Assembly (NCBI RefSeq): GCF_009914755.1
Contig: NC_060945.1
Length of the DNA: 64,000 bases
Source of the DNA: the human T2T-CHM13v2.0 reference genome, Homo sapiens
Reading direction: 5' to 3' (one strand)
Positions 35,833 through 48,265 of this stretch are shown here, one piece after another (positions within the stretch are counted from its first letter, which is position 1; each line of letters starts with the position of its first letter). Below the pieces are notes generated by a model, which was not told the origin of the DNA, searched no databases, and saw only the letters and a list, made by a program, of their open reading frames with translations. The position numbers were made by a program, and so were the translations under genes.

Positions 35833-35928
35833 CTCAGAACAAGGTCAAAGAAGCCGCCAGAGAAGATCTACGATTTGTTTGACTTGACATTCCCTGGTAT
35901 TTCCCTTTGTTATCCCTGTGTCATCGTT
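35833..35928 (-). CDS. Predicted 96-nt cassette exon carrying a stop codon (alternative C-terminus or poison exon)
   Basis: Acceptor gcttgccttgctctccctctgccacag| and perfect donor GAG|gtaagt. Stops occur in all three frames; in the phase used by its neighbours it reads (E)R* with TGA at 35923-35921. Confidence 0.6.
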
Positions 35929-38146
35929 CTGTGGCAGAGGGAGAGCAAGGCAAGCGCTTGCTTTCAGGTATATCTGGCTAGTAGCCCTACATACCACAGA
36001 GAGCTACTGTGGATTTCACTGTATGAAAAGCCTCCATTTGACTTGAATGCTGTTAAAGCATTGCAGGGGTAAGTTTTGAAATCCTTCCTTAGGTCAAACT
36101 CTAGCTGGAAAGTTCGCCCCATCCTCCTCTTGGAAGGACTCTTATATGGCCTTGTAGCTAAACTTGAGCAACCACACACTGCAGCAGAGCAGCTGGCATG
36201 GCCCAAGCCAGGTGGGTGGTCCAGGCAAGGCCCAGTCCCCTTGTGTCCATTATTGCTAAGGTGCATCTAGGAGCACAAGGACAGGAGGAGTCAGACATGT
36301 GAGTGTTTTTGCAATCAGTCAACAAACATCCACTGTTTACCGATTACAGGACATTTCTTCTGGGCATTGGGAATACCAAGTGACAAAGTCATGCTTTTAA
36401 TTTTCAAGGTGTTTAATAGAGAATAAGCCAGGGTTGGAACACTCTACCCCGGAAGTCCCTGCTATTAAATCTGGCTTTGCTTTTCAGTAATCACCTCCTT
36501 AAAGACCCAGGGGACAAAAAACTTAGAAACAATTTCCTCCCTCCCTGACTTACTTTGTCTCTGACTTCGGCCTTTCACAGTGGCACACATGGTTGGGACA
36601 TCTAAAATACCACTGGAAAATTTAAGGATATAATCTACCTATATTATATGAATAGCACAAATTTATTTTCAATGAATTAGCAGAAGTTCAGAGCCATTCT
36701 TTCTTAGGCACTTTCCTATACTCTTGGTGAATTCGTCTAGTATGTGAAAAAAGAGTTTCTCTCAGATTGTTAGTCCCAGCTACAAGGCCTGCCACCATAG
36801 AAAAGTTCCTTCTCTGTCCTTTTTCTCCTCTCTTCAGATCCCCTTTCTTGACCTTTCTATCACAGCATCTGAACCTGCCTGCACCTGCTCATTGTCCATT
36901 TGAATTGCTTCTCTGCTGGAGGTATTCCTGGGGCCCACTCTGGCCTACTGCCTTTGGGCTTCACCTGACCTAGCTCTGCATTTACAAAGCAAGCCCAACA
37001 GATTTCCACCATACATTTCAAACACCGAGAATGACACTGATTTTGAAACTCAGCTACACTGCATAGAGGAACTCCCTGAATACACCCAATCACCCAATTT
37101 AGGGAAGTACGAATTTTCTGACAATGTGAAAGGGAAATGACCTATTTTAAACTAAAGTATTGAAAATTTCTAATTATTCTCATTCCAAGGGAAAAAAATG
37201 AAAAAAAAAAAAATCCTAAAGAAAAAGAACAATTCCCTCCTATAACCTATCCCTTAAAGGAATGGACAATACTTGGGTAATGATGTTCAACTTATGCATA
37301 AGAAGACAAAAGGGCATTTTTTTCTGTATGGCTTCTTTGCCAGAGACCCTTTGGTAATGTGAGGTTTTTCTAAAGGCATAAGGGACGATTTCTCTATGTA
37401 GTTTTGCAAGGTCCCTTTCATTCCTTCTGACATCTTACTTTATCCTTTTCCTTTTTCTCTCCCTAAATGAAATGGATGTCTATGTACATATATATTTTCT
37501 GAAATACAAATGTAGAATGGCATGTAAGTACCATAAACCTGAGATTTAATTTAAATGCAATATGTAAGCAAGGCCTGTTAGGTCCTGGGTCCCAGTAAGA
37601 AATGGGATTCACCCTTAAAATGGTTTAAGTGAAGATATGTTAACGGTAGCACTCCAAAAAGGCATAGGCAGAGTTTTAGGAGCAAATAAATAATTTACCC
37701 AGGGACTAGCAACATTACAACCTCTTGGGCTGAAGGGACAATGAGAAGAAATAATGTTAACAGAACCCAGCGAGAACTGGAAGCACAGAGGAGGGGCCGC
37801 CCAGTTGGAGCTGTAGTTTTGGAGAAATGCAGCAGCTGCCCAAGACGTGGTGCTGAAGCCACAGGGCAGCAGAGAAGAAATACCCTGGCTTTACTTCCTT
37901 GCAACTCAGTCAGCTCCTGCCAGTACATCCTGTGGCAAAATATCAGCTGTAACCTGTCAGTAAAAAGATTCAGTGGGGTTAGCTTCCTGATACACAGCAG
38001 GGAAAACATGGGTTGCCAAGGAATTTGGTATGGAGACTAAGGAATAATTTGCACAAAATTTCCCATTTAAATATGAGAGAATTAGAGTGAATTCAATCAT
38101 CGGGTTTATAACTAACTTTCAGGAATTTAAAAAATGTGGAAGGATG

Positions 38147-38387
38147 ATGCTATGGATTGAAATATGTCCTCCCTAAATTCATATGTTGAAACTCCAATCC
38201 CCAGTATAAAACGCAGCAAGAAGGGGGCCATCAGCAGGCCAGGAAGAGAGCCCTCACAAAAAACGGAATCAGCCAGCACCTTGATCTCGGACTTCCCAGC
38301 CTCCAGCATCATGAAAAAATAAAGATTTGTTGTTTAAGTCACCCAGTCTATCATATTTTGTTATGGCAGCCCAAGCAAACCTATGCA
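38147..38387 (+). mobile_element. MLT1A/B-like (ERVL-MaLR) LTR, internally deleted
   Basis: tgctatggattgaaatatgtcctccctaaattcatatgttgaaac ... gccagcaccttgatctcggacttcccagcctccag ... ttgttatggcagccc. Confidence 0.8.
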
Positions 38388-38523
38388 GCCGGGTCAAGTA
38401 TTTTATATATATATTATAGGAGAATACATGCTTTGAGTCATATAGAACAGGATATTAACACCAACTCTAAATTGCTATTTGTAGATTTGGGGAAACACTC
38501 CAAACTTCAGTTTTCTAAATTAA

Positions 38524-38856
<333 letters not shown>

Positions 38857-38919
38857 ATTATTATTGGGCTTTTTAAAAGCATCACATTTCTTCTTGTATA
38901 TTTTCTTTTTTTAATGAAG

Positions 38920-39960
38920 TACAGTCTTTACAATAGCCTTTAGTGAAGATTTGCTCCTAAAAACTTAGCTTTTGTTTATCTGATGATGGCTTTATTTCAA
39001 GTAGTTTCACCTAGTATATAATTATTTGATAGTCATTTTCTCTTGACTCTTTGAAGACATTTTTCATCATCTTCTGGCTTCCATTGTAGCTGCTTTCATT
39101 CCTTTGTAGTTATTTCATATTTGCTTTGTTTTTGGTGAGCTGAAATTTCACTAAGGTGTGTTCAGGTGTGTGTTTTTTTTGTTGCTACCTACTTATATTT
39201 CACTGAGGTCTTCTGATGTAATCTAGTCTGCCACCAATATTGGGAAGCCTTTAGCCATTTTTTTTCCTATACTGACTTTTCTCCATTCTCTATATTCTCT
39301 TGTGAAATTCTAAGCAATAAGCCAGACCTTCTAACTTTACTGTAATGTCCCTTAACCTCTATTTCATGTTTTCCAAATATTTACCCATGTTATATTGAGT
39401 CATTTCTTCTGCTGTATTTTCCAGTTGTAAATTCTCTCCTCAGCTGTATCTGATACTCTACCATTGAGTTTTTAATCTCAATAATTATATTTTTTACTAC
39501 TGTAAGTTCTGTTTTTAAAATTTTTTAGCAATTCTGCATGATCAGTCTCCACAGTCTTATGCCTTCCTCACACATTTGATGCCTTTCTTTTTTTCTTTTA
39601 AAATTTAAAAATTTTAGTAGAGACTTAAAAATTTTTAAATTTTAAAAGAAAAAAAGTAGAGATTTAAAAATTTAGTACAGATTTTAAAATTTTTAAATTT
39701 TAAAAGAAAAAACAGTATTCTTACTTTTTATATTCTAAATGCAGTAATTTCCATATCTGAGATCTTAATGCATCTGATTCTTTTCTTTGTATTCTTTGTT
39801 GTTTATCCTCTTTCTTGGTCTCAATATGTTATTTTCCATTGTGTTTTGTTATTTTTGTTGTTGTTGTGAGTTTAGGCTTGATGAAACTTTTTCTGTGAGG
39901 CTATTCTGAGTCTTAGATTGAGAGTGTATTCCTCCAAAAATATGTGTATTTTCTTATGGC
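38920..39960 (-). mobile_element. Very old L1M/HAL1-like ORF1 region fragment
   Basis: T-rich antisense ORF1-type text (cttctggcttccattgtagctg, tgggaagcctttagccatt, cctcagctgtatctgat, ccattgagtttttaatctcaataattat). Confidence 0.55.
39587..39712. repeat. Perfect 29-bp AT-rich inverted repeat plus a second copy of the right arm
   Basis: 39587-39615 ctttttttcttttaaaatttaaaaatttt is the exact reverse complement of 39628-39656, with a 12-nt spacer. The right arm recurs at 39686-39712. Confidence 0.9.
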
Positions 39961-40064
39961 ATTCATCAACTAGCACTACCAGTCAGGGGGTGATATGAAT
40001 TTGGAGCACAATCCCACATTAGGCCCCGTTTATACTGATACATTTCCAGTGGGTGTATTTTTTT

Positions 40065-41290
40065 GTTTTTAAAAATGAGGTAAAATTTACATAACATAAA
40101 ACTAGCCATTTTAAACTGTACATTCAGTAGCATTTATTACCTTCACAATGTTGTGGAACCATCACCTCTATCTAGTTTAAAAATATTTTCATCACCCCAA
40201 AAGGAAATCCCAAACCCACTGATATGGTTTGGCTGTGTCCCCACCCAAATCTCATCTTGAATTGTCATTCCCATAATCCCCATGTGTCATGGAAGCCACC
40301 TGGTGGAAGGTAAATTAATCAGGGGAGAAGTTACCCTCATGCTGTTCTTGTCATAGTGAGTGAGTTCTGAGAAGATCTGATGGTTTTATAAGGGGCTTTC
40401 CCCACTTTTGCTTGGTACTTCTCCTTGCTGCTACCATGTGAAGAAGGACATGTTTGCTTCCCCTTCTGCCATGATTGTAAGTTTCCTGAGGCCTAGCCAA
40501 CTGTAAAGAACTGAGCCAATTAAACATCTTTCCTTTATAAATAACCCAGTCTTGGGTATGTCTTTATTAGCAGCTTGAGAATGGACTAATACACACACTA
40601 AACAGTTACTTCCCATTACCCAACTACCTATACCCTGGCAAACACAGATGTGCTCTTTCTCTCTTTATAGACATACCTGTTCTATATATGTTATACAAAT
40701 GGAATCACATAAAATGTGATGTCTGATTTCTAGCTTCTCTTATTTAATATACTTCCCAGGTTCATCCATGTTGTAGCATTATCAGTATTTTATTCCCTTG
40801 CATGGCTAAATTCCACTGTACACACATATTACATTTTGCTTGGCCATTCCATTGATTGACATTTGGGTTTTTTATATCTTTTCACTACTGTGAATAGTGA
40901 TGCTGTGAACATTCATGTTCAAGTCTTTGTTTGAATATCTGTTTTCAGTACTTTTAGGTATACACCTAAGAATGGAACTGTGATCATGTAGTAAATCTAT
41001 GTTTAACTTTTTAAGGAACCCCAAAACTGTTTTCCACTGTGGATTGTACCATTTTACATACCCACCAGCAATGTATGAGGGTTCCAATCTCTCCACATCC
41101 TTGTCAACAGAGGTTATTTTCCATTTTATTTTGTTTATGTATAGCCATTCTAGCAGATGTGAAGTGGTATCTCATTGTGGTTTTGATTTGCATTTCCCTC
41201 ATAAATAATGATGTTGAGAAACTTTCCACGTGCTTATTGGCCATCTGGATAACTTCTCTGGAGAAATATCCATTTAAGTTGTTTGCTTGT
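40065..41290 (-). mobile_element. L1MB-like 3' region (host element, part 1)
   Basis: gaggtaaaatttacataacataaaactagccattttaa ... tttttaaggaaccccaaaactgttttccac ... ggagaaatatccatttaag; resumes at ~48266. Confidence 0.85.
40220..40593 (+). mobile_element. THE1 solo LTR inserted in L1MB
   Basis: tgatatggtttggctgtgtccccacccaaatctc ... atggactaataca; near-TSD cccac/cacac. Confidence 0.93.
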
Positions 41291-44200
41291 TTTTTTATTT
41301 ATTTTAAGTTCTGGGATTCATGTGCAGGACCTGCAGGTTTGTTACATAGGTAAATGTGTGCCATGGTGGTTTGCTCCACCTATCAACCCATCACCCAGAT
41401 ATTAAGCCCAGCATGTATTAGATATTTTTCCTGATGCTCTCCCTCCCCCATCCCTCCTCAACAGGCCCCAGTGTATGTTGTTCTCTATATGTCCATGTGT
41501 TCTCATTGTTCAGCTCCCACTTATAAATGAGAACATGTGGTGCTTCGGTGCTTGGTTTTCTGTTCCTGCATTAGCTTGCTGAAGATAATGGCTTCCAGCT
41601 CCATCTATGTCCCTGCAAAGGACATGGTCTCCCTCCTTTTTATGGCTGCATAGTATTCCATGGTGTATATGTACAACATTTTCTTTATCCAGTCTATCAT
41701 TGACATACATTTGGGTTGATTCCATGTCTTTGCTATTGTGAATAGTGCTGCAATGAACATAAGCATACATGCGTCTTTATAATAGAATGATTTATATTCC
41801 TTTGGGTATATACCCAGTAATGGGATTGTTGGGTCAAATAATATTTCTGGTTCTAGATTCTTGAGGAATCACCACACTGTCTTCCACAATGGTTGAGCTA
41901 ATTTACATTCCCACCAACAGTGTGAAAGTGTTTCTATTTCTCCACAGCCTTGCCAGTATCTGTTGTTTCTTCACTTTTTAATAATCACCATTCTGACTGG
42001 CATGAGGTGGTATCTCATTGTGGTTTTGATTTGCATTTCTCTAGTGATCAGTGATGTTCAGCTTTTTTTTTCATATGTTTGTGGACCACATAAATATCTT
42101 ATTTTGAGAAGTGTTTGTTCATGTCCTTTGCCCACTTTTTGATGGATTTGTTTGTTTTTTCTTGTAAATTTGTTTAAGTTTCTTGTAGATTCTGGATACT
42201 AGACCTACATCAAATGAATAGATTGCAAAAGTTTTCTCCCATTCTGTAGGTTGTCTGTTCACTCTGATGACAGTTTTGTTGTTGGTGTTGTGCAAAGCTC
42301 TTCAGTTTAATTAGATCCCATTTGTCAATTTTTGCTTTTGTTTGCAATTGCTTTTGACATTTTCATCATGAAATCTTTGCCCATGCCTATGCCCTGATTG
42401 ATATAGCCTGGATTTTCTTCTAGGGTTTTTATAGTTTGGGGTTTTACATTTAAGTCTTTAATGCATTTTGACTTGATTTTTGTATAAGACGTAAGGAAGG
42501 GATCCAGTTTCCATTTTCTGCATATGACTAGCATCCCAGCTTCATTTATTAAGTAGGCAATCCTTTCCCCATTGCTTGCTTTTGTCAGGTTCACCAAAGC
42601 TCAGATGGTTGTAGACACACAGTATTATTTCTGAGTTCTTTATTCTGTTGCATTGCTCTATGTTTCTGTTTTTGTGCCAGTACCATGCTGTTTTGGTTAA
42701 CGCGGCCTTGTAGTGTAGTTGAAGTCAGTTAGCATGATGCTTCCAGCTTTTTTCTTTTTGATTAGGATTGTCTTGGCTATACAGGCTCTTTTTGGTGCCA
42801 TATGAATTTTAAAGTAGTTTTTTTCTAATTCTGTGAAAAATGTTGATGGTAATTTAATAGGAATAGCATTGAATCTATAAATTACTTTGGGCAGTATAGT
42901 CATTTTCATGATATTGATTATTCCTATTTACGAACATGGAATGTTTTTCCATTTGTTTGTGTCCTCTCTGATGTCCTTGAGCAGTGGTTTGTAGCTCTCC
43001 TTGAAGCGGTCCTTCACTTCTGCTGTTAGCTATATTCCTAGGTATTTTGTTTTCTTTATAGCAATTGTAAATGGGAATTCATGCATGATTTGGCTTTCTG
43101 CTGGTCTATTGTTGGTGTATAGGAATGTTTATAATTTTTACACATTGATTTTGTATCTTGAGACTTTGCTGAAGTGGCTTATCAACTTTAGAAGCTTTTG
43201 GGCAGAGACAATGGGGTTTTCTAGATATAGGATCATGTCATCTGCAAACAGAGACAGTTTGACTTCTACTCTTTCTATTTGAATACTTTTTATTTCTTTC
43301 TCTTGCCTGATTGCCCTGGCCAGAACTTCCAATACTATGTTGAATTGGAGTGTTGAGATAGGGCATCCTTGTCTTGTGCTGATTTTGCTTCCAGCTCTTG
43401 CCCACTCCGTATAATATTGGCTGTGGGTTTGTCATAAATACCTCTTATTATTTTGAGGTATGTTCCATCAATACCTAGTTTATGGAGAGTTTTTAACATG
43501 AAGGAATGCTGAATTTTTTTGAAGGCCTTTTCTGTGTATATTGAGATAATCATGAAGTTTTTGTCTTTAGCTCTGTTTATGTCATGAATCGTTTATTGAT
43601 TTGTGTATATTTAACCAGCCTTGCATCCCAGGGATGAAGCCAACTTGATTGTGGTGGCTAAGCTTTTTGATGTGCTGCTGAATTTGGTTTGCCAGTATTT
43701 TACTGAGGATTTTTGCAGTGATGTTCATCAGTGATATTGGCCTGAAGTTTTCTTTTTTTGTTATATCTCTGCCAGGTTGTGGTATCAGGATGATGCTGGC
43801 CTCATAAAATGAGTTAGGGAGAAGTCTCTAAAACTTTGGAATAGTTTTAGAAGTCTCAAAACTTTGGAATAGTTTTAGAAGAAATGGTACCAGCTCCTCT
43901 TTTTACCTCTGGTAGAATTCAGCTGTAAATCCATCTGGTCTTGGGCTTTCTTTTGGTTGGTATGCTTTATTACTGTCTCAGTTTCAGAATTTGTTATTTG
44001 TCTATTCATGAATTTAACTCTTTCCTTGTTCGGTCTTGTGAGGGTGCATGTGTCCAGGAACTTACTCATTTCTTCTAGATTTTCTAGTTTGTTTGCATAA
44101 AGGTGTTTGTAGTATTCTCTGATGTTTGCTTGTATTTCTGTGGGGTCCATGGTGATATCCCCTTTATCTCTTTTATAGTGTATATTTGATTCTTCTCTCT

Positions 44201-47200
44201 TTTCTTCTTTGCTAGTCCATCTAGTGATCTGTGTATTTCATTAATTTTTTCAGAAAACCAGCTTCTGGATTTATTGATTTTTTTGAAAGGTTCTTCTTGT
44301 CTCTATCTCCTTCAGTTCTGCTCTGATCTTGGTTATTTCTTGTCTTATGCTAGCTTTGAGGTTTGTTTGCTCTTGGTTCTCTAGTTATTTTAGTTGTGAT
44401 GTTAGGATGTCAATTTGAGATCTCTCTAGATTTTTTATGTGGACATTTAGTGCTATAAATTTCCCTCTTCACACTACTTTAGCAATGTTCCAGATATTCT
44501 GGTATATTGTCTCTGTGTTCCCATTGCTTTCAAAAAACTTCTTGATTTCTGCCTTAATTTCATTATTTACCCAGGAGTAACTCAGGACCAGGTTGTTCGG
44601 TTTTCATGTAGTTGTGTGATTTTGAGTGAGTTTCTTAATCTTGAGTTCAAATTTGATTGCACGGTGGTCTGAGAGACCGCTTGTTTTGATTTTAGTTCTT
44701 TTGCACTTGCTGAGGAGTGTTTTACTTCCAATTATGTGACTGATTTTAGATTAAGTGCCATGTGGCACCAGTAAAAATGTATATTCTGTTTTTTGGGGGG
44801 TGGAGAGTTATGTAGATATCTATCAGACTGACTTGATCCAGAGCTGAGTTGAAGTCCTGAATATCTTTGTTAATTTTCTGTCTCAATGATCTGTCAAACA
44901 TTAACAGTGAGGTGTTAAACTCTCTCACTATTATTGTGTGGGAGTGTAAGTTTCTTTGTAGGTCTCCAAGAACTTGTTTTATGAATCTGGGTGCTCCTGT
45001 GCTGGGCACATATATATTTAGGATAGTTAGCTCTTCTTGTTGAATTGAAACCTTTATCATGTAATGCCTTTCTTTGTCTTATTTGATCTTTGTTCATTTA
45101 AAGTCTGTTTTGTCAGAAACTAGGATTGCAACTCCTGCTTTTTCTGCTCTCCATTTGCTTGGTAGATTTTCCTCCATCCCTTTATTTTGAGCCTATGTGT
45201 GTTTTTGCATGTGAGATGGCTCTCTTGAATATAGCACACCAATGGGTCTTGACTCCTTATCCAGCTTGCCACTCTGTGTCTTTTAATTGGGGCATTTATC
45301 CTATTTACACTTAAGGTTAATATTGTTATGTGTGAATTTGATCCTGTAATCATGATGCTAGGGGTTATTTTGCAGACTTGTTGATGTAGTTGCTTCATAG
45401 TGTCATTAGTCTGTGTACTTCAGTGTGTTTTTGTAGTGTCTGGTAACAGTTTGTTCTTTCCATATTTAGTGTTTCCTTCAGAAGCTCCTGCAAGGCAGGC
45501 CTGGTGGTAATGAATTTCCTCAGCATTTGCTTGTCTGAAAAGGATTTTATTTCTCCTTCACTTACGAAGCTTAATTTGGCCAGATATGACATTCTGAGTT
45601 GGAAATTTTTTCTTTAAGAATGTTGAATATTGACCCCCCAATCTTTTCTGGCTTGCAGGGTTTATGCTGAGAGGTCTGCTATGATTCTGATGGGCTTCCC
45701 TTTGTAGGTGACCTGATCTTTCACTCTGGCTTCCCTTAACATTTTTTCCTTCATGTTTACCTTGAAGAATGTGATGATTATGTGTTTGGGGGTTGATCTT
45801 CTCATGGAGTATGTTACTGGGGTTCTCTGGATTTCCTGAATTTGAATGTTGGCCTGTATTTCTAGGTTGGGAAAGTTCTCCTGGATGATATCCTGAAGTA
45901 TGTTTTCCAACTTGGTTCCTCCGTTCTCCCCGTCTCTTTCAGGTACCCCCATCAGTCATAGGTTTAGTCTTTTTACATAATCCTATAGTTCTGGGAGGTT
46001 TTGTTTGTTCCTTTGCATTCTTTTTTCTCTAATCTTGTCTGCCTGTCTTCATTTCAGCAAGATTGTCTTCAAGCTCTGAAATTCTTTCCTCTGCTTGGTC
46101 TATTCGGCTATTGATACTTACAGTTGCATTGTGAAGTTCTCGTGTTGTGTTTTTCAGCTCCATCAGGTCATGTATGCTCCTCTCCATGATGGTTAGTACT
46201 GAGTGTCAACTTGATTGGATTGAAGGATGCAAAGTATTGATCCTGGGTGTGTCTGTGAGAGTGTTGCCAAAGGAGATTAACATTTGAGTTAGTGGGCTGG
46301 AGAAGGCAGACCCACCCTTAATCTGGTGAGCACAATCTAATCAGCTGCCGGTGAATATAAAGCACGCAGAAAAACGTGAAAAGGCAAGGCTTGCCTAGCT
46401 CCCAGCCTACATCTGTCTCTTGTGCTGGATGCTTCCTGCCCTCAAACATCAGACTTCAAGTTCTTTAGTTTTGGGACTTGGACTGGCTCTTCTTGCTCCT
46501 CAAGCTTGCAGATAGCCTATTGTGGGACCTTGTGATCATGTAAGTTAATACTTAATAAACTCCCCTATATATATCCTATAATATCATATATATAATCCTA
46601 TTACGTAATATATATATGTGTATATATATGTGTGTGTGTGTGTATATATATATATATCCTATTAGTTCTGTCCCTCTAGGGAACCCTAATACACTCTCTA
46701 AACTGGTTATTCTGATTAGCAACTCCTGTAATTTTTATCACGGTTCTTATCTTCTTTACATTGGGTTAGAACATGCTCCTTTAGCTCAGCAAAGTTCATT
46801 ATTACCCACCTTCTGAAGCCTACTTCTGTCAGTTCATCCATTTCAGCCTCATCCCAGTTCTATGCCCTCGCTGGAGAGGTGCTATGATCACTTGGAGGAG
46901 AGAGGCACTCTGGCTTTTAGAGTTTTCAGGATTTTTTTTGTTGATTTTTTTCTCATCTTCACGAGTTTAGCTTTAATCTTTGAGGCTGCTGACCTTTGGA
47001 TGGATTTTTTATGAGGACATTTTGTTGATACTGTTATTATTGCTTTCTGTTTGTTTTTCTTTTAACAGCCAGGCACTCTTCTGTCATGCTGCTGCCATTT
47101 GCTGGGGGTCCATTCCATACCCTATTCGCTTGGCTCCCTCCCATCATTCCTGGAGATGTCACCAGTGGAGGCAGAATAGCAAAGATGGCTGCCTGCTCCT

Positions 47201-48265
47201 TCATCTGGGAGCTCTGTCCCAGAGGGGCACCAAGCTGATGCCAGCGAGAACACTCCTGTATAAGGTGTCTGGTGACTCCTTTTGGGGGATCTCGCCCAGT
47301 CAGGAGGCATGGGATCAGGGACCCACTTAACGAAGCAGTTTGGCTGCCTCTTGGTGGAGGAGGTGCGCTGCACTGGGGGGATCTCCCTCTCGTCCAGACT
47401 GCCTGGATTCCTCAGAGTCAGCAGGGGAAAAGAATAAGTTCACTGATCCGCAGAGACTGTGGCCACCCCTCCCGCAGGGGCTCTGTGCCAGGGAGATCAG
47501 AGTTCTGTCCATAAACCCCTGGCTGGAGTTTTTGAAATTCTCACAGGGAGGCCCTGCCTGATGACGAGGGATGGTTCAAGGTCCAGCCTAAAGAGGCCGT
47601 GTTGCCACAATCTGCCACAACAACTGTGCTGCACTGTGGGGAATTCCTCCTGGGTCCAAACCCCACCCCAGCAGGGGAAAATGGCAGACTGGAGCTGCAG
47701 TGATGGCAGCCACCCCACCCCCTCATAGCTCAGTCGTCTTAGGCACCAGGCAGCAGCAGTGATGGTGACCACACCCCCGCCCCCAACCCTGGGGAGCTCA
47801 GTAGTCTTAGGCAGCAGGCAGCCGAAGTGATGGCGACCGCCTATGCCCCTGGGAGCTCAGTCATCTTAGGTAGTCTCCAGCCAAGCAACCATTGAGAATC
47901 TGAACAGCTCTGTTTTTGGGACGCAAGGTCCTGGTGGCGTGGGCTCATGATGGGATCTCCTGATCCGTGGGTTGCACAGATCCATGGAAAAAGTGTGGTT
48001 TCCCAGGCAGGGTAGCACAATCACTCACTGTCTGCCTTAGCTGGGGGTGAGAGCTCTCCTTGCTCCATGTGGCCGGGTGGGCCGTCGCTCCACACTGCTT
48101 TTCCTGGCTCTTCATGGGATACGCCAACTGCCTAGTCAGTCCCAATGAGAGAAACAGGATACCTCAGTTGCCTCAGTTGTCAGTGCAGGATTCACTTGTT
48201 TTTGTTCTTCTTGGTGGAAGCCCCTAACCACAGTTGTTTCTAGTTGGCCATTTTAGTCCCTCCTC
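41290..48265 (-). mobile_element. Near-full-length decayed L1PA (older L1PA8-13-like): 5' UTR, ORF1, ORF2 and 3' UTR
   Basis: ORF-track fragments give ORF1 (IIQENFPNL, FITTRPALQELLKE), endonuclease (TILNIYVPSTGAPRFIKQVL) and RT ([14 protein letters not shown]), with many stops and frameshifts. The GC-richer 5' UTR spans ~47.0-48.26 kb. Confidence 0.95.
46185..46693 (+). mobile_element. MLT2A (HERV-L) solo LTR inserted in L1 ORF1
   Basis: tgatggttagtactgagtgtcaacttgattggattgaaggatgcaaagtattg ... aataaactccc, (TA/TG)n tract, cctattagttctgtccctctag...cctaataca. Perfect TSD CTCTC at 46180-46184 and 46694-46698. Confidence 0.93.

Noticed and set aside
35964-36266. 100-aa minus-strand ORF starting right after an acceptor-like ctcctag
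   Set aside because: No recognisable protein or matching nearby donor. The 96-nt exon at 35833-35928 has better-defined splice sites. It cannot be fully excluded as an alternative acceptor.
37575-38060. Probable old LTR fragment
   Set aside because: It looks ERVL/MaLR-like, but termini and family could not be supported well enough to list.
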